A stretch of DNA of 64,000 bases from Fibrobacteria bacterium. GTDB lineage: Bacteria; Fibrobacterota; Fibrobacteria; UBA11236; JADFYW01. The notes under the pieces are model-generated. The model had not been told where the DNA came from. It saw only the letters and a list, made by a program, of their open reading frames with translations, and did not search any database. Shown in pieces: positions 20,469 to 29,660 of this stretch; positions within the stretch are counted from its first letter, which is position 1; the number at the start of each line of letters is the position of its first letter. Location: the NCBI GenBank assembly GCA_050294405.1, contig JBNKOC010000016.1, positions 128,001-192,000 of the forward strand, in the 5' to 3' direction. The position numbers and the translations under genes were made by a program.

Positions 20469-22163
20469 ATGAAACGTCTCAAAGAAAAACTGGAATCTAT
20501 CCACAAAAAGCCCTATGGCTTTTACAAAGGTCTCAAGGGCACTTATAATTATGTGGATTTCTCCATTGTGTTTGAACATATACAGGGTGACCCCTACGCC
20601 AATCCGAGCAATGTATGTATTAGTATTCCCTTTGAAAAATCGGGCTTTCCGGAGGAGTGGCTGGAAGATAAAGAGTGCCAGATAGCGCTTGGGGATTTTT
20701 TGTGTCGAATTTTATCCAAAGCTTTTTCCAATGGCCCTCAATTTGATTGTACCGGTAATGGGGGCAAGTTTTTTGTATCTGAGCCCGGGCAACAAATATT
20801 GTCCAGATCTGCGGTTCGTTTTTATAAGAAAAAGATATATGTTCGCATCCGCTTAGGTTTACCGGCCCATTTTCGCAAGATAGATGGCGAGTCTGCTTTG
20901 GAGATGTTATGTGTTATACTTCCGGATATCCTGCAAAATAATTTGTACTACCAACCCTGGTTTGCGGAAGATTTAAAAAAGCACATAGCCGTTTTTAAAA
21001 AACAAAGAGAGCTGCGCAAGTGGGTTGAAGAGTCTCAATACATAGCCTTTGTTCCCAATGGCGCTGTTTTGCCAAGGGAGTCGGGCTTGTCCGATTTACC
21101 AATGAATTCCAACCAGGCGCAACCCTTTAAATCTCCTACAAACATGGAGGTCGAGTATACATTTTCCGATGGTGGTAAGATTTCGGGAATGGCCATTAAA
21201 AAGGGAATAAGCCTTATAGTTGGCGGAGGGTTCCATGGCAAATCAACCCTGTTGGAAGCCCTTAAGTATGGCATATATAGCCATATAGAAGGCGATGGAC
21301 GGGAGTTTGTGATATCTGACAGAAGTTCTGTTAGCATTCGGGCAGAAAACGGGCGAGTGGTAAACAATGTGAATATATCTCCTTTTATTCATAACCTTCC
21401 TTCCGGGCAGCAAACAGAAAATTTTTCCACCGAAAATGCCTCGGGAAGTACCAGCCAGGCCGCAAGTATTGTGGAGGCCATATCCGCAGGTGCAAAAGTG
21501 CTGATGATGGATGAAGATACTTGTGCCACAAATTTTATGTTTCGGGATAGCGTTATGCGGGCGCTTATTGCGGATGAAAATGAACCCATATCTCCTTTTA
21601 TAGATTCCATTAATAACCTTTACCAGGATTTGGGAGTTAGTGTGATTTTGGTAATGGGGGGGGTAGGGGCTTATTTTAATAAGGCCCATTTGGTATTGGG
21701 TATGAATGAATTTCAACCGGAAGACCTAACGCAAAAAGCCAGAAACATTGTAAAGCAGTATGACGACTCTGAAATTGAGAATGTAAAAAATTGGTCCAAT
21801 GCACCCTTTGAAGAAAACAGGTTAGTGGAGCCTCAGGCAAAATTATTTGGCAATGATAAAGTAAAAGTAAAGGTCCGTAGCGATAAAATTGAAGTGGGAA
21901 AATTATCCATTCCCATTTGGGCGCTGGATCAATTGGTTCATGAGGACCAGTTGCGCTGTCTGGGATATAGCATTATGGAAAGTTTCCATCATGAAAAAAT
22001 GATTTTAGAAAAGAGCTTGCACCGCCCAATGCCAGAACCGGAAAACCATGATTTTGGAATGATCAATCCTTATAGGGGAGACTTGGCTGAAGTAAGGGGG
22101 CTTGACTTGTGGTGTGTTCTAAATCGGGCTCCAAAAATAATTTTTAAAAAGGGGCGAACATGA
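20469..22163 (+). CDS. ABC-class ATPase domain protein (ABC_ATPase family)
   Basis: HIQGDPYANPS, Walker A GGGFHGKST, TENASGSTSQAA, Walker B MMDEDTCATNFM. Confidence 0.88.
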   Translation: MKRLKEKLESIHKKPYGFYKGLKGTYNYVDFSIVFEHIQGDPYANPSNVCISIPFEKSGFPEEWLEDKECQIALGDFLCRILSKAFSNGPQFDCTGNGGKFFVSEPGQQILSRSAVRFYKKKIYVRIRLGLPAHFRKIDGESALEMLCVILPDILQNNLYYQPWFAEDLKKHIAVFKKQRELRKWVEESQYIAFVPNGAVLPRESGLSDLPMNSNQAQPFKSPTNMEVEYTFSDGGKISGMAIKKGISLIVGGGFHGKSTLLEALKYGIYSHIEGDGREFVISDRSSVSIRAENGRVVNNVNISPFIHNLPSGQQTENFSTENASGSTSQAASIVEAISAGAKVLMMDEDTCATNFMFRDSVMRALIADENEPISPFIDSINNLYQDLGVSVILVMGGVGAYFNKAHLVLGMNEFQPEDLTQKARNIVKQYDDSEIENVKNWSNAPFEENRLVEPQAKLFGNDKVKVKVRSDKIEVGKLSIPIWALDQLVHEDQLRCLGYSIMESFHHEKMILEKSLHRPMPEPENHDFGMINPYRGDLAEVRGLDLWCVLNRAPKIIFKKGRT

Positions 22164-22624
22164 ACCGGCTTTATCCTGTTTTATTTTTTCTTATGGTTTA
22201 TGTTTGTTATGGTGAAAAACCTCCAAAAGAAGTATCTGTAAGTCTTCGGGTTAAAATGTCCGATTCTATTGTTGTGGACTCCTTGGATGCTTTCAAAACC
22301 CTGCAAAAGAACTTCCAAATGAGCCATATACCCCTTCACGAAAACTCTCCTCTGATACTGGAAGTGGATTTGTATGAAGCCAACCAGATGTATGTTTCCA
22401 AATTGGCCAGTGAACTGCGGCGTATGGAAATTAAAGCTCATATTCGCCTTTTTGATAGAAACAAAAAAGAACCTTATTACTCCTTTGATGCAATTTGTAA
22501 ATCTGTAGAAGAGGGATTGCAAAAAGCCCAAATGGAAGCTATTAAATCTTTGTTAATGGACGAGCGGGAACTTGATTTGCTCAGTAAAAAAATAAAAGAA
22601 ATTTGGGGAAAAGAGTTTTATTAG
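22160..22624 (+). CDS. Hypothetical secreted protein
   Basis: ATGA overlap with the upstream gene; signal-peptide-like N-terminus. Confidence 0.6.
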   Translation: MNRLYPVLFFLMVYVCYGEKPPKEVSVSLRVKMSDSIVVDSLDAFKTLQKNFQMSHIPLHENSPLILEVDLYEANQMYVSKLASELRRMEIKAHIRLFDRNKKEPYYSFDAICKSVEEGLQKAQMEAIKSLLMDERELDLLSKKIKEIWGKEFY

Positions 22625-23031
22625 AACTTATTTCAAAATTGATTTTTAGCGGGTTCTAGTTAGCGCTGGTTACTGCGCTAACCTCTTCATTCACATTCAC
22701 TTTGGATCGCAAACTTTTATAGTCGCTGTGTTTTACCTTTTTCCAGTTCATAATGGGCCCTAACATAAGGGGAACCCTGGCGTTTAACTCAGAAGTCTGC
22801 TCGGAATGTTTATTTGATTTTAATAAATCCAGCAATGGTAAGTCTCCCTCAAACATTTGTGTAATGACTTTAGTATCATTAACTCCTGGAATAGTTTACA
22901 AATAAATTTTGTACGAGACTAAGATATATCTAAAAAGCTTAGGGTGGGTAACAATTTATTTGGGTCTAATTGGAATACATTCATCTGCTTTTAGGATTAA
23001 TTCGTCACGGCCTTCCAAAAATGTGTGCAAA

Positions 23032-23048
23032 TTGTGCAAATTGCACAA
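23032..23048. promoter_or_regulatory. Palindrome, candidate enhancer (bEBP) binding site
   Basis: TTGTGCAA-A-TTGCACAA perfect inverted repeat with extra GTGCAA/TTGCAC half-sites nearby, about 105 bp upstream of a sigma54 motif. Confidence 0.55.
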
Positions 23049-23152
23049 AAATCTGGGGAAATTTTGCACTTCGCAAAACTTTTTTTTTCTTGAAATCTCA
23101 GCTAAAGTACCCAAATAACGCTAAATAGCGTTAAATAAGGCCTCTTAAAAAC

Positions 23153-23168
23153 TGGCATCGCCTTTGCA
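23153..23168 (+). promoter_or_regulatory. Sigma54 (-24/-12) promoter
   Basis: TGGCATCGCCTTTGCA fits TGGCA-N6-TTGCA with exact GG-N10-GC spacing, about 80 bp before spoVG. Confidence 0.7.
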
Positions 23169-23246
23169 TTTTAGTGGAGTATTGCTGATTTCGGCAATGG
23201 ATTCGTGCAACCACAAGTCCCTTAACTCAAAACCAAGGAGAAACAA

Positions 23247-23543
23247 ATGTCCGTAAACGGTATGCAAATAACAGAAGTAATGGTTTATCCCGTTAAAAAA
23301 AATGGGAATAGCAAGCTTAGCGCCTTCGCAAAAGTTGTGATTAATGACCAGTTTATCATTCAGGGAATACGCATATTCGATGGCATACATGGCCCTTTTA
23401 TATCCTTTCCGCAGGATTATAAAAAAGAAGATGGAAAATATTACGATGTATGCCACCCAACTACATCTGAATTGAGAAAATACATCAACGATGAAGTTGT
23501 GTCTGAGTTCGCATTAAAAACAGCGCAGCAAAAAGTAGCTTAA
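23247..23543 (+). CDS. spoVG: SpoVG family protein
   Basis: MQITEV..KLSAFAKVVINDQFIIQGIRIFDG..GPFISFP..YYDVCHP; SD AAGGAG. Confidence 0.92.
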   Translation: MSVNGMQITEVMVYPVKKNGNSKLSAFAKVVINDQFIIQGIRIFDGIHGPFISFPQDYKKEDGKYYDVCHPTTSELRKYINDEVVSEFALKTAQQKVA

Positions 23544-23550
23544 AAACCAT

Positions 23551-23568
23551 GCCCGGATTTATCCGGGC
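23551..23568 (+). terminator. Hairpin between the spoVG copies (attenuator or stability element)
   Basis: GCCCGGAT-TT-ATCCGGGC with only a weak U-tract. Confidence 0.45.
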
Positions 23569-23592
23569 GCTTATTTAAAAAACGGAGAAATT

Positions 23593-23883
23593 ATGAACAA
23601 TACAGAACTCGTACCCACCAGTATAAAAATTTACCCCGATTTGGACTTAACTTCCCATATACGGGCCAGAGTCAAGGTTATTTTAAATGACTCATTGGTT
23701 TTAAATGGCATGAAAATAATAAAGGGGCAATTTGGCCACTTTCTTTCTTTTCCTAATCAAGAGCCGGGATCTCCCTTTAAAATCTATGATGTATTCTCTT
23801 TTCGCTTGAGAAAGTCTCTTCAAAACAGGGTGTTGGAAGAGTACATCAAAGTTTTATCTTCAACAGTTCCCTATTCCGGCTAG
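23593..23883 (+). CDS. Second, divergent SpoVG family protein
   Basis: RARVKVILNDSLVLNGMKIIKGQFGHFLSFP follows the SpoVG pattern. Confidence 0.8.
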   Translation: MNNTELVPTSIKIYPDLDLTSHIRARVKVILNDSLVLNGMKIIKGQFGHFLSFPNQEPGSPFKIYDVFSFRLRKSLQNRVLEEYIKVLSSTVPYSG

Positions 23884-23886
23884 TCT

Positions 23887-25422
23887 ATGTTAGCGGTTAT
23901 CCATTCGGCGGCTCTTATTGGTATCGATTCCCAATTAGTGAGAATTGAAGTGGATATTAGCGGAGGTCTACCTTCTTTTTGCATGGTAGGCCTTCCCGAT
24001 GGGGCTGTTAAAGAATCTCGTGAGCGCGTCTTTTCGGCCTTAAAAAATTCAGGCTATGAGATTCCCAGCCAGAAAACCACTATTAATTTAGCCCCGGCGG
24101 ATCTTAGAAAAGTGGGGACTTCTTTTGATCTTCCTATTGCAGTTGGAATGTTATTGGCCAGCAAACAATTGGATTTAGGGAATATACATCCTTTTTTGTT
24201 TGCCGGAGAACTGTCCTTAGACGGTGGGGTATACGGTATTAAAGGTGCCTTGGCCAGTGCCATGTTCGCAAAATCCAATGGGTACAGTGGTTTTGTCTTT
24301 CCCCGGGAAAATTGGGCCGAAGCTAGCGCGGTGGAAAATCTTCCTCTATATCCAATCAAACATTTAAAAGAATTACCCAATTTGTTTTTAGACAAGCCCA
24401 GCATTGCACCCATTAAATCCCGGCTCCCAAATTCCATTGCCAGTGGGGCATCTTTTGATTTTTCCCAAATCAAGGGTCAAAAAGAAGCCAAGCGAGCCTT
24501 AGAAGTGGCTGCCGCAGGTGGGCATAATATATTATTTATTGGAAGTCCGGGTTGTGGCAAAACTATGTTAGCTAAAAGTTTGCCTGGCATATTGCCAGAT
24601 ATGACAGCAGAGGAACGCCTGGTAACCACTATGGTATATAGTGCAGCGGGTAACTTAACTTCACCTCTAGGTTTAATGACTTTCCGACCTTTTCGTTCTC
24701 CGCACCATACAATAAGTAATGTGGCTTTAGTGGGGGGAGGCAATATTCCAAAACCCGGAGAGGTAAGCCTTTCCCATAATGGTGTGTTGTTTTTGGATGA
24801 ATTGGCCGAGTTTAAAAAATCTGTTTTAGAGGGACTTAGGCAGCCTTTGGAAGAGGGACGGGTAACCCTTAATCGGAATTTCCAAACCATAACTTTCCCC
24901 AGCCAGTCTATATTAGTGGGAGCCATGAATCCATGTCCCTGCGGAAATTTATTAGACCCTAAAAAAAATTGTGTATGCCGCACCAATGATATTAAAAAGT
25001 ATTTGGCTAAAGTTTCGGGCCCTCTATTAGATAGAATTGATATTCAAATAGAGCTTTCCCCCTTAAATTTTGAAGAACTAACTTCTACACAAATTCCAGA
25101 AAGTTCGGAAAGTATTCGAAAGAGAGTTTCCCATACCAGAAAAATCCAATGGGAACGATTTAGAGAAGAGAAAAGCATTAGCCACAATGGGCAAATGAAT
25201 TTAGACCATTTAAAAAAATATTGTGCTTTAAATATCCAAGCCCGGAAAATGCTGGAAGATGTAGTTTGTCATTTTGGTTTATCGGCAAGGGCTTATCACC
25301 GGATTATTAAACTTTCCAGAACTATAGCTGATTTGGAGGGAATGAAAGATATTCAGGATGTTCATGTGGCAGAAGCCATACATTACCGCAGTTTGGATAG
25401 GACTAGGAGGGAGTTTTGTTAA
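23887..25422 (+). CDS. comM: YifB/ComM Mg-chelatase-like AAA+ ATPase
   Basis: VGLPDGAVKESRERV, GELSLDG, GSPGCGKT, RPFRSPHH, GVLFLDE, NPCPCG, SGPLLDRID, LSARAY. Confidence 0.93.
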   Translation: MLAVIHSAALIGIDSQLVRIEVDISGGLPSFCMVGLPDGAVKESRERVFSALKNSGYEIPSQKTTINLAPADLRKVGTSFDLPIAVGMLLASKQLDLGNIHPFLFAGELSLDGGVYGIKGALASAMFAKSNGYSGFVFPRENWAEASAVENLPLYPIKHLKELPNLFLDKPSIAPIKSRLPNSIASGASFDFSQIKGQKEAKRALEVAAAGGHNILFIGSPGCGKTMLAKSLPGILPDMTAEERLVTTMVYSAAGNLTSPLGLMTFRPFRSPHHTISNVALVGGGNIPKPGEVSLSHNGVLFLDELAEFKKSVLEGLRQPLEEGRVTLNRNFQTITFPSQSILVGAMNPCPCGNLLDPKKNCVCRTNDIKKYLAKVSGPLLDRIDIQIELSPLNFEELTSTQIPESSESIRKRVSHTRKIQWERFREEKSISHNGQMNLDHLKKYCALNIQARKMLEDVVCHFGLSARAYHRIIKLSRTIADLEGMKDIQDVHVAEAIHYRSLDRTRREFC

Positions 25423-25563
25423 GGGGGCTACACAATAACCGGGCGATGTTTGATATTTAGCATGTGAGTTGTTTATAGGCTTTTTTAGAATTACTCCAGA
25501 CCCTGGCGTAAACATATTCATGTATAAAGTGGGGGTAAGGTTAGGAGCCCTATGAGCTTAAAT

Positions 25564-26067
25564 TCACTTTGATTCTCGAATTTTTTTTAAATATCTCTCG
25601 CTTATGTCAGGGGCCCATGCCTTGAAAGACTCTAAGGCCTGAATGGCAGGTTCTCTGAGAACATCATGCCGGATGCCCAGAGTGGCTATGGAAGCGAATG
25701 CGGCATCTCTTGAAGATAAACCGACAACGGGCTCGACAAATGCCGCGGTGGCAATTTTAGATCTTAAAACATCAAGGTTTTTAAAATCCTCTGCTGTGAT
25801 GGCATTGTTTTCAAATAATTTTTCCACAATTTCTGTCGAAAAGGTAGAGGCGTCCCCTTTTCGTCCAGTGGCAATGTGGGTAATTTCCGTAAAAAGCTTT
25901 AGCAGGCGGATGTCCATTTCCGCCTGAGTACTTTCTGTTAGGCGAATTTCAGATTGGAGTTTTAAGCGGTATTCTTTGAGGGAAATCCAAACTCCAGCTG
26001 AGGTTGATATTAGGGTAATAAAGGTCGACAGAGGGATTAACCATTCTTTCAATTCTTTAAGTTTCAT
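25564..26067 (-). CDS. Hypothetical protein with an N-terminal TM helix
   Basis: 167-aa ORF with ATG and upstream AGGA; no recognisable family. Confidence 0.6.
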   Translation of the reverse strand: MKLKELKEWLIPLSTFITLISTSAGVWISLKEYRLKLQSEIRLTESTQAEMDIRLLKLFTEITHIATGRKGDASTFSTEIVEKLFENNAITAEDFKNLDVLRSKIATAAFVEPVVGLSSRDAAFASIATLGIRHDVLREPAIQALESFKAWAPDISERYLKKIRESK

Positions 26068-26515
26068 GATTTTCCTATGTGTATAATCAAACTACAACTA
26101 AACAGATTTGAAATAAAATGTAAAATACATTGGGTTAGCTGTCCAAAAAATGCTTAGCAAGGACACCAAATTGCTAGGACCCACTCAGTAGAATGGAATT
26201 TAGTTAAAGGAGGGCACTAACAAAATAGATTGAATTTATTTTAAAGGACTAAAATTTTTCAGGAATTTAGTCCTTAGACCAATCCGGTCAATCGGGAAAG
26301 ATTGGTATCTCTGATGTAATCTGTTCTCAAATGAGAACAATAATGTTTTAAAAAGATTACCTATAATAGAAAAATTAACTAAAATAATTCTTAAAGTAGA
26401 AATTGTATTTTGGCGTTCTTGGCTGTGGGAATTATTTGGACAGGGGAAAATCCAGTTAACAAAATCATTGTTTCTCCGCATCACATTGAACCTGCCCGGA
26501 AGGGGGACTTCTGAT

Positions 26516-27415
26516 ATGCAGAGAAGGCTATTCATATGCACCGCAGCTTCGGGAATTACAGCTCTTGCCCTTCCCAAATGGCTAATTGGGCAAACCTGTT
26601 CGCTCACCACACCAGACCGTTACGGCTACGGCCCTTTTTACCTGGAAAATGCTCCCCAACGAGCTAAAATCGCCTCGCCCTCAGAACCGGGACAACCGCT
26701 GTTCATATCGGGAACAGTGAAGGACTGTAACGGTCCAGTTAAGGGGGCAATTCTTGAGGTTTGGCAGGCTACAGATGCAGGCTGTTACATACACCCGTCA
26801 CAACCCTCCTGTTTCGACGGAGGCAATCCTGAAGCCTCGAGGCTCTGGGGGACCCTAATTACTGATGACGAGGGCCGATACAGTTTTGACACTATCCTGC
26901 CGGGAAAATACCTGAACGGCACGAGTTACCGACCGAGGCATATACATTTTCGCATTCGATCGCCTCAAGCTGCCAGCAATCCGGCAGACTTGGTGACCCA
27001 ACTATACTTTGAAGGGGACCCAGATATTCCCGGAGATATAGCGGCTAGCGATCCCGGGGCGGCCGCACGAATCATTCCGCTTGCAGGTGGGGGAACCGAA
27101 AGTCTTTCAGGAATCTTTAACATCACCTTGCCCAATGAAAGTGTTGGCCTGAGAGATTCTAACTTGCCTAATTTTGATGTTTCCATATTCAGAAAAGGAG
27201 ATCACCTTTCTTTGCACTTGCCCCCGCTGCCAGCCGGGGAACCCGTGGAAGTTCAATTACGCGATGTGGCAGGGACTCTACTGGTTCGTTCAAAGCACCA
27301 GACCACGCCAATTGAGCTGAAGACTTACCTCATTCCAAGATTGGGCTGTTTAGCCGAGCTGTCATGGAATGGAAGGATGGGTTTGCGTCGGGAGAGGGTT
27401 TGGCTGCGCCGGTAA
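26516..27415 (+). CDS. Intradiol ring-cleavage dioxygenase-like protein with Tat signal
   Basis: MQRRLF Tat motif; GPFY, EVWQATDAGCY, PGKY..YRPRHIHF, LVTQLYF. Confidence 0.85.
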   Translation: MQRRLFICTAASGITALALPKWLIGQTCSLTTPDRYGYGPFYLENAPQRAKIASPSEPGQPLFISGTVKDCNGPVKGAILEVWQATDAGCYIHPSQPSCFDGGNPEASRLWGTLITDDEGRYSFDTILPGKYLNGTSYRPRHIHFRIRSPQAASNPADLVTQLYFEGDPDIPGDIAASDPGAAARIIPLAGGGTESLSGIFNITLPNESVGLRDSNLPNFDVSIFRKGDHLSLHLPPLPAGEPVEVQLRDVAGTLLVRSKHQTTPIELKTYLIPRLGCLAELSWNGRMGLRRERVWLRR

Positions 27416-27462
27416 TGGAAGGTATTCATGTGGCTGAACTATACATTGCCAGAGCTTGGATA
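27286..27462 (+). repeat. Direct repeat copy 1 (3' end of the dioxygenase gene)
   Basis: Shares CACCAGACCACGCC, GAGCTG.CATGGAATGGA and the identical 29-mer GGAGAGGGTTTGGCTGCGCCGGTAATGGA (27391-27419) with 29480-29622. Confidence 0.85.
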
Positions 27463-27521
27463 CTAAAAAAAATCCAAAGAGATTTCCATTATTGATGGGT
27501 TGTAGCCTAATTTAAAATTGC

Positions 27522-27551
27522 GCAGGCCATTTTACGGCCTGCTAATTTTTT
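27522..27551 (+). terminator. Intrinsic terminator, probably bidirectional
   Basis: GCAGGCC-ATTTTAC-GGCCTGC followed by a T-run, between convergent genes. Confidence 0.65.
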
Positions 27552-27585
27552 AATGCTATGTTTGACCCTAGAAAGGGTCCGCACA

Positions 27586-29073
27586 TTAAAACTGCTTGAA
27601 AAATTCCCAGGTTTCAACTTCTACCCAGTTTACATTTGAACCAGGATCCGATGCCATGGCCTGATGCCCTCCATTAAAAGAGCTGAATTTAACCGGGTAA
27701 CCTTCATTACATCCCTTGAATTCAGTAACCACATGTGTGCTACTGGTTGCAAGTTTGATTTCTTCGCTGGTATCACAGCCATTGTCTTGAGCATGCTGGA
27801 GGAGGCAATATTTGCCGCCTTTTTTCTGACCATCATCAAAAATCCAGTTGCAGGTACGATCACCGGTACCCGTGGTCTGGTAATAGGCAATAGGTATATG
27901 CCTGTTGGTTGGCTGAGGATCGAAATGCCAGTTGGCAGGAGCATAGGTGGCCACTGCCCGTATTCGTTCGGGATATGACAGCGAAAGGTGATACGAGAAC
28001 ATTGCTCCGAAACTGAAACCAGCGACAAAGACCCGCGTTGTATCAACACAGAGATTTTCCTCAACAAAATCCAGTATATCAATAAAGAATTGAGGGTCAG
28101 TTGGGGGGTTCCAGGTACCGTCACCATTTCCCTGTGGGGCAATATAAATAGCCTTGATATTGTCTTTTTCCGCCTGTGTTTTCAGGGAATAATACGCGCT
28201 CAAATCATCTCCATTATCGGGTGCAGCGACTCTTGGAGCGGTACCGCCCATACAATGCATGCCGAAAATTAATCGGTAGGGAGTATCTTTATCGTAACCA
28301 TTCGGGAGATCGACAATGTAATCTCCTCTACCCCCGGCACTGGAAATATGGTAAGTATCCGACTTGTTGATTTTTCCTAATTCTTTCCCGCAACCTGCGC
28401 TTTTAACCGGGGAGTTACCCAGACCGCCCCATCTGTCAGCTGGATTGAGGCTTACATCAACGGTCTCTTCGAAGGAGGATACATCCACAATTTTGGTACC
28501 AAAACCACTGGCCTTGATTTCTAGAGAATCCACTGCCGCGGCGGCTAAAGCCTTTGTCAACCTTTTTCCAGAAGATGAAGCCTCTTCAGATAATAGATGC
28601 GCAGAATATCTGCCGTTGAAAAGAGGAAAGTACCGTATGGTAGACACCACTTCCCCGACAGTTACACGAACAATAAGCAAACTGGCTGTGCCGAAATTAT
28701 CCGCCAAATTCCATTGATGGCTGCCAGTCGGTACCTCCGGCAATACTTCTTCTTTCAGTAAGTTAGAGGCAACATCAAAGATTTCAACTTTCACAGATGA
28801 TGGCTCGTTAATGTTAAGTTCCAATACACCCTTGCTTAGTGAAATATTTCCTTTTGGATTTGACTTTCCCGGTGCTAAAGCAACTGTGGTTTGTTCGATA
28901 ACATAATTTCCATTATTATCCGTGGTATCCTTTAAGTCCTTTCCCAATAATGTGACAACAGCCCCATTTATCCCCTGTCCGCTTCCGTTAGTAATTTTTC
29001 CGCGCAAGTTGATGGTTTGCGCCTGTGCCAACAATACAGACAAAACGATATAACCAATAAATTTATAAGACAA
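27586..29073 (-). CDS. Secreted esterase (CE1/feruloyl esterase or PHB-depolymerase-like alpha/beta hydrolase)
   Basis: Signal peptide; KSAGCGK, LCVDTTRVFVAGFSFGA (GxSxG), FNGGH, ETWEFFKQF. Confidence 0.8.
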   Translation of the reverse strand: MSYKFIGYIVLSVLLAQAQTINLRGKITNGSGQGINGAVVTLLGKDLKDTTDNNGNYVIEQTTVALAPGKSNPKGNISLSKGVLELNINEPSSVKVEIFDVASNLLKEEVLPEVPTGSHQWNLADNFGTASLLIVRVTVGEVVSTIRYFPLFNGRYSAHLLSEEASSSGKRLTKALAAAAVDSLEIKASGFGTKIVDVSSFEETVDVSLNPADRWGGLGNSPVKSAGCGKELGKINKSDTYHISSAGGRGDYIVDLPNGYDKDTPYRLIFGMHCMGGTAPRVAAPDNGDDLSAYYSLKTQAEKDNIKAIYIAPQGNGDGTWNPPTDPQFFIDILDFVEENLCVDTTRVFVAGFSFGAMFSYHLSLSYPERIRAVATYAPANWHFDPQPTNRHIPIAYYQTTGTGDRTCNWIFDDGQKKGGKYCLLQHAQDNGCDTSEEIKLATSSTHVVTEFKGCNEGYPVKFSSFNGGHQAMASDPGSNVNWVEVETWEFFKQF

Positions 29074-29479
29074 AACCCACCTCCCTTAATTGACTGTTAG
29101 AAACTTTGATGCCCCCATCTCAGTACACTTAATCTACCTGCGGCTTTATAAAAAAGCAAGCTGAAGTACGCCTAATATTCCAAAAGTCATATTTATTGAA
29201 CTCAGGAAGAAGGCTGGATCAGGGATACCCAGTGAACAGTTAATTAAAAAATACTTAAAAATGCGCCTTTAATACAACATCAAGTTGGGAACAATTCCAG
29301 GTCTTTCCGGGTCCATATTTCCCTTCACTGATCAGGCTTTAACCATAACCCACATCTTTTAGGAGTGAACCGGGCACATTAACGGGTATTATTCAAATAT
29401 GCGTTACATCAGCATGGCCCAAGCTAGGGTATGTTTAGCTAATATTTTATGTTACTGACATTATTCGCCAAATTCTTGC

Positions 29480-29622
29480 TTGTTCAAACCACCAGACCAC
29501 GCCCATTGTCTGTTTAATAGAGCTGCCATGGAATGGATAGGTTTGAGTCTGGAGAGGGTTTGGCTGCGCCGGTAATGGAGAATGTCCATGAGGCCAAAGC
29601 CACAAACAACCTCAGCTTGGAT
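29480..29622 (+). repeat. Direct repeat copy 2 (degenerate fragment of the dioxygenase 3' end)
   Basis: Same blocks as 27286-27462 with an internal deletion of about 28 nt; identical 29-mer at 29551-29579. Confidence 0.85.
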
Positions 29623-29660
29623 AGAGGTAGAAGGACATAGTGTTGATGTAATTTAAGGGG

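Noticed and set aside
22656..23118. Small ORFs (66 aa minus, 69 aa plus) in the intergenic region before spoVG
   Set aside because: No recognisable motifs or convincing RBS; the plus ORF overlaps the regulatory palindrome
23887..25422. comM disrupted by a mobile element
   Set aside because: The ORF is intact at 511 aa and no recombinase is adjacent
29396..29480. Minus-strand LGHADVTHI resembling tyrosine-recombinase box II
   Set aside because: Very short match flanked by stops with no catalytic Tyr; compatible with chance. A tBLASTn/HMM search would be needed.
27286..29622. Repeat pair as a DGR VR/TR or CRISPR array
   Set aside because: Only two copies, differences include indels and are not adenine-specific, and no RT or cas genes are present
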